From NCBI GenBank assembly GCA_025800105.1, contig JAOXSG010000593.1, positions 1,489 through 65,488 of the forward strand: 64,000 nucleotides of DNA, given 5' to 3'. Source of the DNA: Cohaesibacter sp. GTDB lineage: Bacteria > Pseudomonadota > Alphaproteobacteria > Rhizobiales > Cohaesibacteraceae. Below, in pieces: positions 8,868 to 18,405 of this stretch (the first letter of the stretch is position 1; each line of letters begins with the position of its first letter). The notes under the pieces were generated by a model. It had not been told where the DNA came from and did no database searches. It saw nothing but the letters and a program-made list of their open reading frames with translations. A program made the translations under genes and the position numbers.

Positions 8868-10673
8868 TTATTCGCTAGAAAAGTAACTTTCCCATTTTGG
8901 GAAAAGTGGGGCGCTGCATACCAAAAAGATGAAACAATTTGCGTAAATTGCATCAGAGCTGATCATATCACTGTCTGAATATATCCCGTGTGCTACGCGG
9001 TTCCGTATGTTGGCACCTGCATTTCCGAACAGAAGTTCAATTTGTAAGAAACCATCTTCACCAAAGATCGCCTTCAATTCTTCTGCATACTTGGTCATTA
9101 GTGGCCCGAGCATCATATCAGACTGAAGCCCTGAGTTGCCGTCAAATATACTGGTTATGTGTCCTTGTTCCCTTAGTATGTTTCTAAGAACATTTTCAAA
9201 GAGTGGAACCAACATCGTGGTTGCTGTGGCATTCTGCCCTTTCAAAAATTCCATAAAACCGAGAAAAAATGCTCGTCGGTTCTCCTCTGGGATGAAAGGG
9301 GAGTAGGTGCATATCGTACCTATTACTTTTGGGTCAATATGGTCTTCGTTTTGTATTGCGTGCATGACCCGCCTAATTTTTGTTGCACAAATGAATTGGC
9401 GGCGCATTTCCTCATCTTGATGAATTTTCTCGAATATGGCTTCATCGTTGTTCTTATCAAAATCGTATGAGGGAGTGCTTCTTGTTGTTTTCCCGTGACG
9501 ATCAATTTGTGCTGATCCGAAAAAATTGCTCAGTAAAAACTGAGAGAATGATGAAATGGCGTCTTCTTTTAGTGTTTCCGCACTGGGGGGAGCAGCACTC
9601 TCAGCAAGAAATTTCAATCGTTGAACAAAACTAAGCTCATCAAGGATGCCATCGAGCAGTTTTTGTAGATCTGATATGTCAGTTTTTGAAGTAATGGGAG
9701 TTATGCAAGTAGGTATCTCGCTTTGAACTGAGAGTAATTCGGCATGGAGCTCCTTTTGCCGTGCCTTGGTGCTAGGATTGTCTTTCAGTATTTGAACCGC
9801 CGTAGAAAGCCAGTGAGCTTGGATTGGCGGAAACTTCATACTCAACGCATATTCACGGCAAGCTTCAGCCGCAAGAAGGTTGCAACGAAGGTGGCCATCG
9901 TCGTTTTTAGCGCTTTTGTAAGCTTGTTCTGCGACTTGATAAAGATCCATTCGATGCATCGCAGCATCTACCGACTTCGCAAAGCTTTCGACTATGTCGC
10001 CTATGCTTTGCGGACTTACCGTTCTGTGTTCGAGCGCCATTTCAGCAAACGCCTTAACAGAATGGTTCATTCCTTGTTCGATTGACGAGTTAAGAAGCTC
10101 TTGGGACATTAGCCGAAGCGGTTCAAACAAAGGTTTTTGATGTTTTGTGGATGCAGATATGTTGAGCGCTCGCATTAGCATTTCCCGAACATTATGCCCG
10201 CAAAAGCTTTTGTCGAATGATGAAAAATGGAATTTCTGATCTCGAACCTTTTGAATTGCATCTACATATGCAAGAACAGCGAGTTTGGCCAAGGGGTATC
10301 TATTTTTGGTACTCAGCGTGAAGCAAACATCCGCAATTCTTGCTCTCAGGATCGGATGGTCAATACTCGATATAGCGTGTTCAAGTTCTTCGGCTTGTTC
10401 TGGGTAGAAATCTTCCAGATTTGGTGATCTGCGATTTTCAAAAATTGCCATGGATCGGAAAGGTTCCGTGTGATCATACGGTTGAAAATGCATGCCACAA
10501 ATCGCAGATAGTGAACTGGCTATACGCACTATAGGTTCATCAGAAGAGGTGGGTGCCTGTTTGGCCTTCAAGTCAAATATCTTTTTTAAGTCAGAAACTT
10601 CTGCTGATTTGCACCCATTGAGAAGTCGATTGATATTCAGTTTTTCAAAATCTTCGGGAAGCAGATCAAACAT
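8868..10673 (-). CDS. DUF4209-like protein with C-terminal HEPN-type motif
   Basis: 601-aa ORF; C-terminal LVPLFENVLR...GANIRNRVAHG (RxxxxH) is typical of DUF4209 proteins. Confidence 0.75.
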   Translation of the reverse strand: MFDLLPEDFEKLNINRLLNGCKSAEVSDLKKIFDLKAKQAPTSSDEPIVRIASSLSAICGMHFQPYDHTEPFRSMAIFENRRSPNLEDFYPEQAEELEHAISSIDHPILRARIADVCFTLSTKNRYPLAKLAVLAYVDAIQKVRDQKFHFSSFDKSFCGHNVREMLMRALNISASTKHQKPLFEPLRLMSQELLNSSIEQGMNHSVKAFAEMALEHRTVSPQSIGDIVESFAKSVDAAMHRMDLYQVAEQAYKSAKNDDGHLRCNLLAAEACREYALSMKFPPIQAHWLSTAVQILKDNPSTKARQKELHAELLSVQSEIPTCITPITSKTDISDLQKLLDGILDELSFVQRLKFLAESAAPPSAETLKEDAISSFSQFLLSNFFGSAQIDRHGKTTRSTPSYDFDKNNDEAIFEKIHQDEEMRRQFICATKIRRVMHAIQNEDHIDPKVIGTICTYSPFIPEENRRAFFLGFMEFLKGQNATATTMLVPLFENVLRNILREQGHITSIFDGNSGLQSDMMLGPLMTKYAEELKAIFGEDGFLQIELLFGNAGANIRNRVAHGIYSDSDMISSDAIYANCFIFLVCSAPLFPKWESYFSSE

Positions 10674-10717
10674 TTTCTATCACTCTTTGGGGTGAACCAT
10701 AATGGATGGAGAAATGG

Positions 10718-12220
10718 TCATCGTCGTTTGTCTTTATCATGCACAGTTTGAACTGTAGTTTGACCATACAAGCCTGAGCGCAAAGTCTCCTCGCCCTGCT
10801 CTTCAAAATTGACGGCCATCGGAAGATAAATGCATGCACTTCGAGTTAATTTCAGCATCCGCATGGTTTTGCTTTCCAAAATAGACAAGGGTATTCTAAC
10901 TCGCTCCGAATTTGGCACATCAACATACTTTTCGAGATGTTGAATGACATCATCGGTAATTTCGACAAATCGGTGCTCCAATGCATTTCGCAAGTCTGCT
11001 AGTAACCGTGCGTCGGGCTCTGAAAAGCTCTTTCTTTCTTTTGAGTGTAAATCTTTGGATAGTTCAAACAATGCTCTGAGTGCTGGATTTTCAGTCGCAG
11101 AAACTACGGGGTGAACCGGTCGCGAGTTTTTTCTTGGTTTGTACCAGATGCCACTGAAGCTTATTTTTCTCGTCTCGTGGCCTAAGGACCAGTAGTGATT
11201 AATCAGCAAAGCGATGCGATCTAGGACACTATAGGCATAGCGATAAGCGACACGCAGTTTCTCGAAAGCCAAACCATGCCGAGTATAATCAAATGTATCT
11301 GCTAATTTTACTTCACGGTCTGAAAAATGAATGCCCTCAGAAGTTGGTGCGTCATAGTAAAAGTACCTAGCTGTCGTATATTCCTGCTTTATTCTGTTAA
11401 ACAGACTGAACTCCAGAGGGGGATGCGCAGTGGTATCATCAAGGTGCTTCATGATTGCTGAAATGGACATAACATCGGCGGCAACGACCGGGTGCTTATA
11501 AGCATCATTTAAAGGGTTCAAGAAAAGAGCATTTTGCAGACAGAATAAGCGATATGAACGTTCTGCTTCTGACTGACCAAGCAGTCCGACGTCATCATCA
11601 TCTACTATGCTATGGCAATATTCCGTATCAATAGCAGAGCTGATCCCGGTCGCTCTTCGTTTGAAGTCTGGTTTCAGGGTAAAAAGTTGGTGCTCATCCT
11701 CGAAAATGGCATCGTCTGTGGAAGCATTCTTGAAGCTTCTTTGTGCTGCCCACAATAGCATTTGCTGGTGAACCGTATCATTGACCAGCCTAGCATATCC
11801 CACTAAGCATCGGGCTCGATTTGCATTGGATAGAGCATATTGGGACGATAATCGAAGGGCGTTATCATAGTGTTCGATAGTTTCACAATATCGTCCTTGA
11901 TCTGTAAGAAGAGTTCCTAGGTTGGTTAGAATTTGGACTTTGAACTGATCATCCACTTGGTCGAAGCCCTCGCTAGATAGGGCCGTTCTAAGCGAACCGA
12001 GCTGTTTCTCCAGATTGATATTCTCAAGTTTCTGGTCTTCACCTGCAAGCGCTGAATAGATGTTTGATTGCCAATAGAGAATTGTAGTTAGTTGCGAACC
12101 AGATGAGGTTTTGATGAGCTCGGCAACTTGAACAGACCGCGATGTTAGCCGCTTCCTATCCTGATAATAGACAGCTTCATCAATCTGTTGCGCCAATTCA
12201 TTCAGGGAATTTTCGTCCAT
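10718..12220 (-). CDS. TPR + LA2681-like HEPN domain protein
   Basis: TPR-like ILTNLGTLL...AL..YDNAL; LFLNPLND, FNRIKQEY..ARY, YSVLDRIA, LRNALEH (RxxxxH). Confidence 0.8.
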   Translation of the reverse strand: MDENSLNELAQQIDEAVYYQDRKRLTSRSVQVAELIKTSSGSQLTTILYWQSNIYSALAGEDQKLENINLEKQLGSLRTALSSEGFDQVDDQFKVQILTNLGTLLTDQGRYCETIEHYDNALRLSSQYALSNANRARCLVGYARLVNDTVHQQMLLWAAQRSFKNASTDDAIFEDEHQLFTLKPDFKRRATGISSAIDTEYCHSIVDDDDVGLLGQSEAERSYRLFCLQNALFLNPLNDAYKHPVVAADVMSISAIMKHLDDTTAHPPLEFSLFNRIKQEYTTARYFYYDAPTSEGIHFSDREVKLADTFDYTRHGLAFEKLRVAYRYAYSVLDRIALLINHYWSLGHETRKISFSGIWYKPRKNSRPVHPVVSATENPALRALFELSKDLHSKERKSFSEPDARLLADLRNALEHRFVEITDDVIQHLEKYVDVPNSERVRIPLSILESKTMRMLKLTRSACIYLPMAVNFEEQGEETLRSGLYGQTTVQTVHDKDKRR

Positions 12221-12476
12221 TTTGCAACTTTTCCATGTCGATCAGAGTTGGATAGTTGGCGGCTTTGCTATTGTTTCAGTGCATTTTGCACTGTCCCTAG
12301 TGAGACACCGATCTCAGTGGAGATTTCCCTGTAGTAGAGGCTATTATTACGAGTATTTTTAATTTTGCACAATCAGCTTGTTGTCCAGCAGGCTGCAGCG
12401 TTTTTGTATGCCGTCTTTTGATTGTTTTTCGGCCTTTGCCTGCAAGAAACTGGTTTAGTGACAGTGTTAATATCTA

Positions 12477-13091
12477 TCACTGTTCTTCACTTGTTTTCTT
12501 CATCAAGTTTAGCCTCTTTTCGAAGAAAAAACTCACTCTGAAGACTGTACGAAAAATTGTATACCCTCCTTCGAGTAGGAGGAAGTAGAATGCAGATACA
12601 ATAAGAAAGCTGGTGGCAGTCGGAATAGAAATTGCTATCTCCATCAACCATTCTGGAACAAAATCAGATTTTATGAAATATCGCCAGTTTGGCAAATTGA
12701 AATCAAATTTGGGTAATAGCAATATGAGAGAAGATACTACAGATGATATAGCTACTATATTGAAATAACTTACGTTGTAGAACAATTCGACCTCAAGTTT
12801 TTTGAGTTTTCTAATTTTTATTTTTGTTTCGATGCTTGTCTCGTTGGTTTCCTGCAATTTGCTGCTGGATAGCAAAAAGAACAGAACACTGAAGCTGAAG
12901 CCTACCAATATAGATTGTACAGTGAGTACCGCATTTAAAAAATTGTCAGATGGGCTGCATAGTGTGGCGGTAAGAAAAAACGACAAAAATATGGTAAGCG
13001 CGAAGCGCAAAACAATTGATTTACGCTCTCCTGAGGCGAAGTCATAAAACGTCTCAGAATTTTTCTGTATCACCTGCTTGAAGCTAAACAT
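12477..13091 (-). CDS. Four-TM membrane protein, hypothetical
   Basis: 204 aa with four hydrophobic segments; start overlaps the upstream gene by 8 nt. Confidence 0.8.
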   Translation of the reverse strand: MFSFKQVIQKNSETFYDFASGERKSIVLRFALTIFLSFFLTATLCSPSDNFLNAVLTVQSILVGFSFSVLFFLLSSSKLQETNETSIETKIKIRKLKKLEVELFYNVSYFNIVAISSVVSSLILLLPKFDFNLPNWRYFIKSDFVPEWLMEIAISIPTATSFLIVSAFYFLLLEGGYTIFRTVFRVSFFFEKRLNLMKKTSEEQ

Positions 13092-14016
13092 CTTCTTTCC
13101 GAGCTATGATTTCATTTTCCAGAACGCGTAGCATCTCACTTTTGGTAGGCTCAAATTCTGGATGCCCGTGTTTATTGTGACCCACGTTTAGAGCAAAACG
13201 TGTTGCAAAGTGCCCGCTTTCTAGCATGTGGATCACTTTGCGTTTTCCGTCTAACATGGCGACAATAGAGCAATCGACTATGTCTTCGTCTTCAACATCA
13301 ATGAGTTGGTTCTCTTTTAGAACCGAAGCTACGGCTTTCTTGATTTCGACCTTGGGTCGGTCAATGTAGTCAAGAAGTTTGCGAGAGACTTCTTCTTCAA
13401 ACCCATCATGCTTTGATATTTTTTTAAATGCAACCATTGCTCCCCTCGCGAATATATTGGATGAAGTTATTTCTCCACCTTGTTTAGATATGCTCACGCG
13501 CACCTCTTTTGCATGGGCGTTCTTGTAATAGGAGCTTGCGAGGCGAAAAGAACTAGCTCTGATTTTGCCGCAGGAGGGAATATGTGAAACTATGGTATTT
13601 TTAAGTCCAGTATACCCTCCATAGGGACCCAGATATTGACTGCCTATATAGATTTTTCCAGTCTCAGATAAATACAATATGAAATGAAAGGGGCGAAGGC
13701 TAATACTGTCTGCTGGGATTGTCCCTTTGTCAGAGTTCTCATAAGCGTGACCCCAATAGCTTGCCTTAAATACCCCGTGAATAGTTCGAGAGTTTATTTG
13801 AGTAACTCGTTCGATGGGAACCAAGGACCGAAAGCGCAAATCGTCTTTGGTGCTTTCGTCTTTGATGTCAATTTTGGGACACGATTGGAGTGCTGTGAGC
13901 AGGCTAGCGAAATCAGATTGAGAAAACTTAATTTTTCTGACGTTTTGGTCGTCACTATCTTCATACTGAGTAAGAAAATGGAAGCTGGCTGTGACTGCCT
14001 CGTTTTTTGTTGCCAT
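13084..14016 (-). CDS. Hypothetical soluble protein, coupled to the 4TM gene
   Basis: 310-aa ORF with ATG start; no family recognised with confidence. Confidence 0.8.
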   Translation of the reverse strand: MATKNEAVTASFHFLTQYEDSDDQNVRKIKFSQSDFASLLTALQSCPKIDIKDESTKDDLRFRSLVPIERVTQINSRTIHGVFKASYWGHAYENSDKGTIPADSISLRPFHFILYLSETGKIYIGSQYLGPYGGYTGLKNTIVSHIPSCGKIRASSFRLASSYYKNAHAKEVRVSISKQGGEITSSNIFARGAMVAFKKISKHDGFEEEVSRKLLDYIDRPKVEIKKAVASVLKENQLIDVEDEDIVDCSIVAMLDGKRKVIHMLESGHFATRFALNVGHNKHGHPEFEPTKSEMLRVLENEIIARKEDV

Positions 14017-14138
14017 CGATTATACTTCTTCGCCTCTGAACTGGGTGGATCTGATTTATAATTATACCATAGGTGGTGTCGGTGCGGTTTTCTATATAAT
14101 AAGTATCAACTGAGTTTTCAAAGAATGCACCCCCAACC

Positions 14139-14774
14139 CTAAAATCGAAACTTGATAGCATTCTGCACGGTCCCCAAGGACACGCCGATCTCAGAGGCGA
14201 TCTTTCTGTAGGAGAGGCCATCGTCCCGGGCAGTCTTGATTTGCGCAATCAGCTTGTCATCCAACAACCGTGGCCGTCCGTGGGCCATCTTGCCACGGCG
14301 ACGGCGCTTCTTGATGCCGCCTTTTGATTGCTCTTCTGCTTTTGCCCGCTCGATGCCGCTCTTGACGCGCTCCCTGATCATGGACCTTTCAAACTCGGCA
14401 AAGATGCCCATCATCTGGAACAGTGCACGGCCCGCTGGCGTTGTGGTATCGACACCCTGCTGGTGAAGGTATAAATCGACATCAGCGCTTTGCAGTTCAC
14501 CAAGAAAGGTGACGAGATGCTGTAACGACCTGCCAAGACGATCTACGCTCCAAGATAAAACAATGTCGATCTCTCTGCGCGTGACCGCCTTGCAGAGCGC
14601 GTCAAACTCGGGGCGTTTATCTCGCCCCTTTGCACCGCTGACGCCATCATCTACAAATTCAGCAACAATTGCCCAGCCTGCCCGTTCGGCAACTACCCTC
14701 AAAGCGACGAGCTGATTATCTGTAGTCTGCTCTCGTGTTGATACCCTTGCATAGATAGCGGCGCGTTTGGTCAT
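14139..14774 (-). CDS. Small serine recombinase (resolvase/invertase family)
   Basis: YARVST..Q, SGAK..RPEF, VDRLGRS, FAEFERSMIRER, GRP and C-terminal HTH (SYRKIASEIGVSLGTV). Confidence 0.95.
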   Translation of the reverse strand: MTKRAAIYARVSTREQTTDNQLVALRVVAERAGWAIVAEFVDDGVSGAKGRDKRPEFDALCKAVTRREIDIVLSWSVDRLGRSLQHLVTFLGELQSADVDLYLHQQGVDTTTPAGRALFQMMGIFAEFERSMIRERVKSGIERAKAEEQSKGGIKKRRRRGKMAHGRPRLLDDKLIAQIKTARDDGLSYRKIASEIGVSLGTVQNAIKFRF

Positions 14775-14794
14775 AATGGCCTCGGATCGGCTGA

Positions 14795-14812
14795 AGTGAA
14801 CCCGGGTTCACT
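14795..14812. promoter_or_regulatory. Perfect 18-bp palindrome AGTGAACCCGGGTTCACT
   Basis: Self-complementary, 20 bp upstream of the recombinase ATG; member of a motif family repeated in the island. Confidence 0.75.
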
Positions 14813-15019
14813 ATATCATTTTGTATATAAAATATCAATTTTTTATACACTTTCTTTAGAGCCAATGATCATTGATATAACTGTTCAATTATTGCCGTAA
14901 ATCCGATGGGTTTTTTGTACGGCTCATACATCCCTAACAGGATGCAAGCTGAATTTTGGGTCATCCGTAGAGGCAGCTTTGATTAAGCATTTACGACGTA
15001 AAGCTAAAATCAAATGCTA

Positions 15020-16399
15020 TCAAAGCTTGGCCGGTCGGCCAAATTCATTTTCTCGATTTTCCATGAACTTGGGAGTTGTTGAAACGTCTGAGTAGGTCGG
15101 GTCTTTGTGCTTGCGAATGGATGAGCATATCTTGTCATGGAGTTCACCCATTCTCTCGACGTTTAGCATGTCTTGTGCAATGTTTCTAAACACGCGTGTG
15201 AAAGGTCGGTTTTTATGTGCTCTAAAGAGCTGGCTAAGCTTTCCCTCAGTTGCAATTGAGGGGCCTGTGAGGCCGAGTGAAAGCGAGTATTGAAGTCCTC
15301 CATTCGTTGAAATCCCATACTTCTTCATAAGATTTGTACATGACTGATCAAGATAAGGCAGAATTTGATTTAGCTCTGCGGTTTGGTCTTGCGTTGAAAG
15401 GAAGGACAGATTGTGAAAAATGGTTCTGCATTCCTGAAAATCCTTCATGTTTCTTAGCTCTAGTGCCCGCTCAATACACTGCTTTGGAGTGTCAACCTGT
15501 GAAATCAAATATGAAGTAAAAAATGGTAACCGTAGCGCTATATGAGCTTGACCTGTCGGGGTAAGAATACTTGCTAATGCTTGTTGGGTGTTTTCGATCA
15601 GAGATTTCAGCAGGCCAACTGTTTGAGAAGGATAATCTATTCTGCAACAGCTTTCACAGAATGCGTCCCGCAAAGGAGCAAGATATGCATTGGCCCCCTC
15701 TGTATGTGCAATTGAGTTGTAAAAAAAAGACCGTTCTGCAGCCCATCCATATCCGAAGGACGCTCTTGTCAGCGCACTTTTGCCATCTTCACTTACGTAG
15801 TTCGGGTTTTCATCAGCGAATGCTTGAACTAGATCCTTTATATCCTGAATTTCAGAACGTTCCGAGATCGCCAGTTTTGGTTGGAAGTTGGTGGCTGTAC
15901 CCACCAATTTTGCATCAGTTTCTTCGCTTCGAAAAAATGTGTCGGCGACCAGTTCATGATGCTTGTCCCATCTGCTTGCGGTTAGAAAAGTAAGGGTTAA
16001 GTATTCACTTGAGACGAAAACATTCCAGCGAAGTTGAGGATCAAGCCGGAGTGCTTCAAAGAAGGAAACCACATCTCCAGCGGGCTTCGCATTCTCAATG
16101 GAAAATGTCATCTCATGCGCAAATTCCGCAGCCTTTCGTGAATGTTCCGCATATAGCTTGTCATCAATTTCTAGAAAATCGATAAAACCGAATTTTTTTA
16201 AACGATTTGCGCGATATTCATCTTTGTAATCGTCAATCCCAATAATCTCGTCACTAAAGAGAATTGCTGTAAGTAGTTTTTCGAGGCAAGCGATGTCATT
16301 GTCGACATATCTTAAGTTTCTAATTTGGCTAATTCCGAGTAGTCGCTCCACGCCGCTGAGTGTGGCGTTGTCGACGATAGCGCGTTGGTTGGTAGACAA
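15020..16399 (-). CDS. Hypothetical protein (~459 aa)
   Basis: Long ORF; probable TTG start at 16399 after GAGGG; N-terminal AIVDNATL. Confidence 0.8.
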   Translation of the reverse strand: MSTNQRAIVDNATLSGVERLLGISQIRNLRYVDNDIACLEKLLTAILFSDEIIGIDDYKDEYRANRLKKFGFIDFLEIDDKLYAEHSRKAAEFAHEMTFSIENAKPAGDVVSFFEALRLDPQLRWNVFVSSEYLTLTFLTASRWDKHHELVADTFFRSEETDAKLVGTATNFQPKLAISERSEIQDIKDLVQAFADENPNYVSEDGKSALTRASFGYGWAAERSFFYNSIAHTEGANAYLAPLRDAFCESCCRIDYPSQTVGLLKSLIENTQQALASILTPTGQAHIALRLPFFTSYLISQVDTPKQCIERALELRNMKDFQECRTIFHNLSFLSTQDQTAELNQILPYLDQSCTNLMKKYGISTNGGLQYSLSLGLTGPSIATEGKLSQLFRAHKNRPFTRVFRNIAQDMLNVERMGELHDKICSSIRKHKDPTYSDVSTTPKFMENRENEFGRPAKL

Positions 16400-16533
16400 G
16401 TCTTCGCCCTCTAAAAAGATGATTGGCCTTATTAAATAGTGCGACACACAATTGCAGATGGCAAGAAAGGCGCAAAGAAACGATCTTGCCCCGAGTTCCA
16501 TACATGCAGCCAGATACACGGAGTTCGTTAACC

Positions 16534-17697
16534 CTATGTCATGTGAACATTGTACAGATGGCCAGAGACAGGGCGACCTTTATCTGCCCGAACCAGAACG
16601 GGTTTGATCCAGACAAGGTGTATTCTGTTCCGCCCTGCGCCGTAAGGCTGGCGTCTCCAGTGCCCCCTTCTCCAGTGGGCCGATATTTCGGTTCCTGTTT
16701 GTTCGTTGCTGTCAATCCCATTGAATTCTTTGTTTATGTGAAGGTCTATCATTCGGATTGGGAAGAAGCCGAGTTCAGCAAGTTTTCCAGTGGCCGCGCG
16801 CTTGCGCTTAGGTGTCTTGGCGTTCTCAACATCTAGTACTTGAGGAGCGGGGGTGTCGTCTGACCAGACTTCATTAAAATCAGGCTTGCTGGAAAGAAAA
16901 CATAGGGCGTTGCAAATTAACGCCAGAACTATTCGGACGCTTGGCAACGCGTCTTGGCTGAACTGAGCGTCTCTTTCATAGCCTGTTGTTTCTGCGACGC
17001 TAATAGGAAAGCCGTTTTTGCGAGCATCATTGGTACCAGCCTGCAGAGCCCCTATAGAGGCTTGGCTCGGAACAAGTGCGATGTCTTTATTTTCTATTGC
17101 CGTCTCCAGCAGGTCGTCCAGTGTTTGCTCCTCCGATTGTATTCTTAGGGGAGCGAAAAAATGTGGCTCCGATCCTTCAATCCAAGCAGCTCTACCGGAT
17201 GGATCGATAGACGTGTTTCTGCTCGTGACATAGAATGAGAGATCGTCTCCATGTCTAGAAATGTATGCCCCATCAATTCGATTTTCAGTTCTCGGTAAGC
17301 CGATATTCAAACCTCCCTCGAATGACAAATAGAAGGAGTAAAAAGGAAACTGAATATCAGAAACTCTGATTTCATTGAGGCTTGTATTTGCTAACATCGT
17401 AGTCAGCGTTTTGGGCAAATGAAAGATATTACGACCACCTGCAAAAAAGGTGGTTATATGGCTCAATGTGCTAACTGTATCAACGGCGACATCTATCGTT
17501 TTTGGTCGCCGGTCAAATGGCAGGCGCATTAGGTCTCTGTTATAGGTATCCATAACGGCATCAGTTATTCGACTGAATGCAGACGAGCTAAGCAATCCAC
17601 GTTGGCAGTTTTGCGCTTCTTTTCGAACGATCTTTCGGCCTATCGGAAACCGTTGTAAAAATCGCATGGGGTGAATGTGTTTAGCTGGGACGGCCAT
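16534..17697 (-). CDS. AcrVA2/FinQ-like protein
   Basis: C-terminal AHWRRGHWRRQPYG...VWIKPVLV plus internal blocks (NIFHL...FPFYSFYL, IDGAYI, NALCFLSSKPD) in the same order as I recall for AcrVA2; probable start ATG 17697. Confidence 0.6.
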   Translation of the reverse strand: MAVPAKHIHPMRFLQRFPIGRKIVRKEAQNCQRGLLSSSAFSRITDAVMDTYNRDLMRLPFDRRPKTIDVAVDTVSTLSHITTFFAGGRNIFHLPKTLTTMLANTSLNEIRVSDIQFPFYSFYLSFEGGLNIGLPRTENRIDGAYISRHGDDLSFYVTSRNTSIDPSGRAAWIEGSEPHFFAPLRIQSEEQTLDDLLETAIENKDIALVPSQASIGALQAGTNDARKNGFPISVAETTGYERDAQFSQDALPSVRIVLALICNALCFLSSKPDFNEVWSDDTPAPQVLDVENAKTPKRKRAATGKLAELGFFPIRMIDLHINKEFNGIDSNEQTGTEISAHWRRGHWRRQPYGAGRNRIHLVWIKPVLVRADKGRPVSGHLYNVHMT

Positions 17698-17994
17698 TTT
17701 ACCTGATCCTAAGGCGTGTTCTGTGCTGACGATGAGCTCAATGACAATGTTGATTGATGCTATCATCTTGAGCACGCAAATGCCACTATAGGTCGCAGTG
17801 TTAAGATTTATAACCCTTGATATTCATGCACTTTCCCACAGATGATGGAACTGATCACCTGTCTAATAGCTAGCTGCTTTTTCGGAAAAATGATGAGCTG
17901 CTCCCAACAGAATGCTTGTTTCTGGATCAGAAAGGGGGTTGAAAAATGTGTTTTCCCACCCCATTTCTAATGGTGTCAGCAAGGGATTTAACCG

Positions 17995-18405
17995 TTGGAT
18001 ACCAAAACCAAAATTGACCTTAAAATGAAGCATCTTGACTATATTCAAGGTGCAATAAGCCGGATGGCTGCAAGTTCGGCCACTCAAAAGAACTACTGCA
18101 TTACGATATTGACTGCCCTTGTTGGTGCTTTTCTCATTACCAAAACCAACGAGTTGCTTTATCTGGCAGCATTTTCAGCTCTAGTGTTTGGTTATTTGGA
18201 TGCGAGGTATCTTCAAAGCGAGAAAGGCTTTAGAAAACTGTATGACAAGGTGAGAAGCGGGGAAGCGGAATGTGCCCCAAATTTTAGTATGACCCCGCTT
18301 TCATCGAGCTTTTGGCGCTCCGTGACCAGTTGGTCAATCTGGCCATTTTATTCTGGATTGATTATAGGCGTTGGTTTCCTCATCTGGGTGCTTTGCAAGC
18401 CATGA
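17995..18405 (+). CDS. Three-TM membrane protein, putative effector of the adjacent TIR
   Basis: KHLDYIQGAISRMA...FGYLDARYL..EKGFRKLYD; three hydrophobic segments; ATGA overlap with the TIR gene. Confidence 0.8.
   Translation: MDTKTKIDLKMKHLDYIQGAISRMAASSATQKNYCITILTALVGAFLITKTNELLYLAAFSALVFGYLDARYLQSEKGFRKLYDKVRSGEAECAPNFSMTPLSSSFWRSVTSWSIWPFYSGLIIGVGFLIWVLCKP

Noticed and set aside
14798-14809. GAAC-N4-GTTC as a LexA SOS box
   Set aside because: That is the Gram-positive box; alphaproteobacterial LexA binds GTTC-N7-GTTC, and the conserved CCGG core points to a different factor
18312-18401. N-terminal extension of the TIR ORF
   Set aside because: Overlaps the 3TM gene; the ATGA-coupled start at 18402 is more plausible
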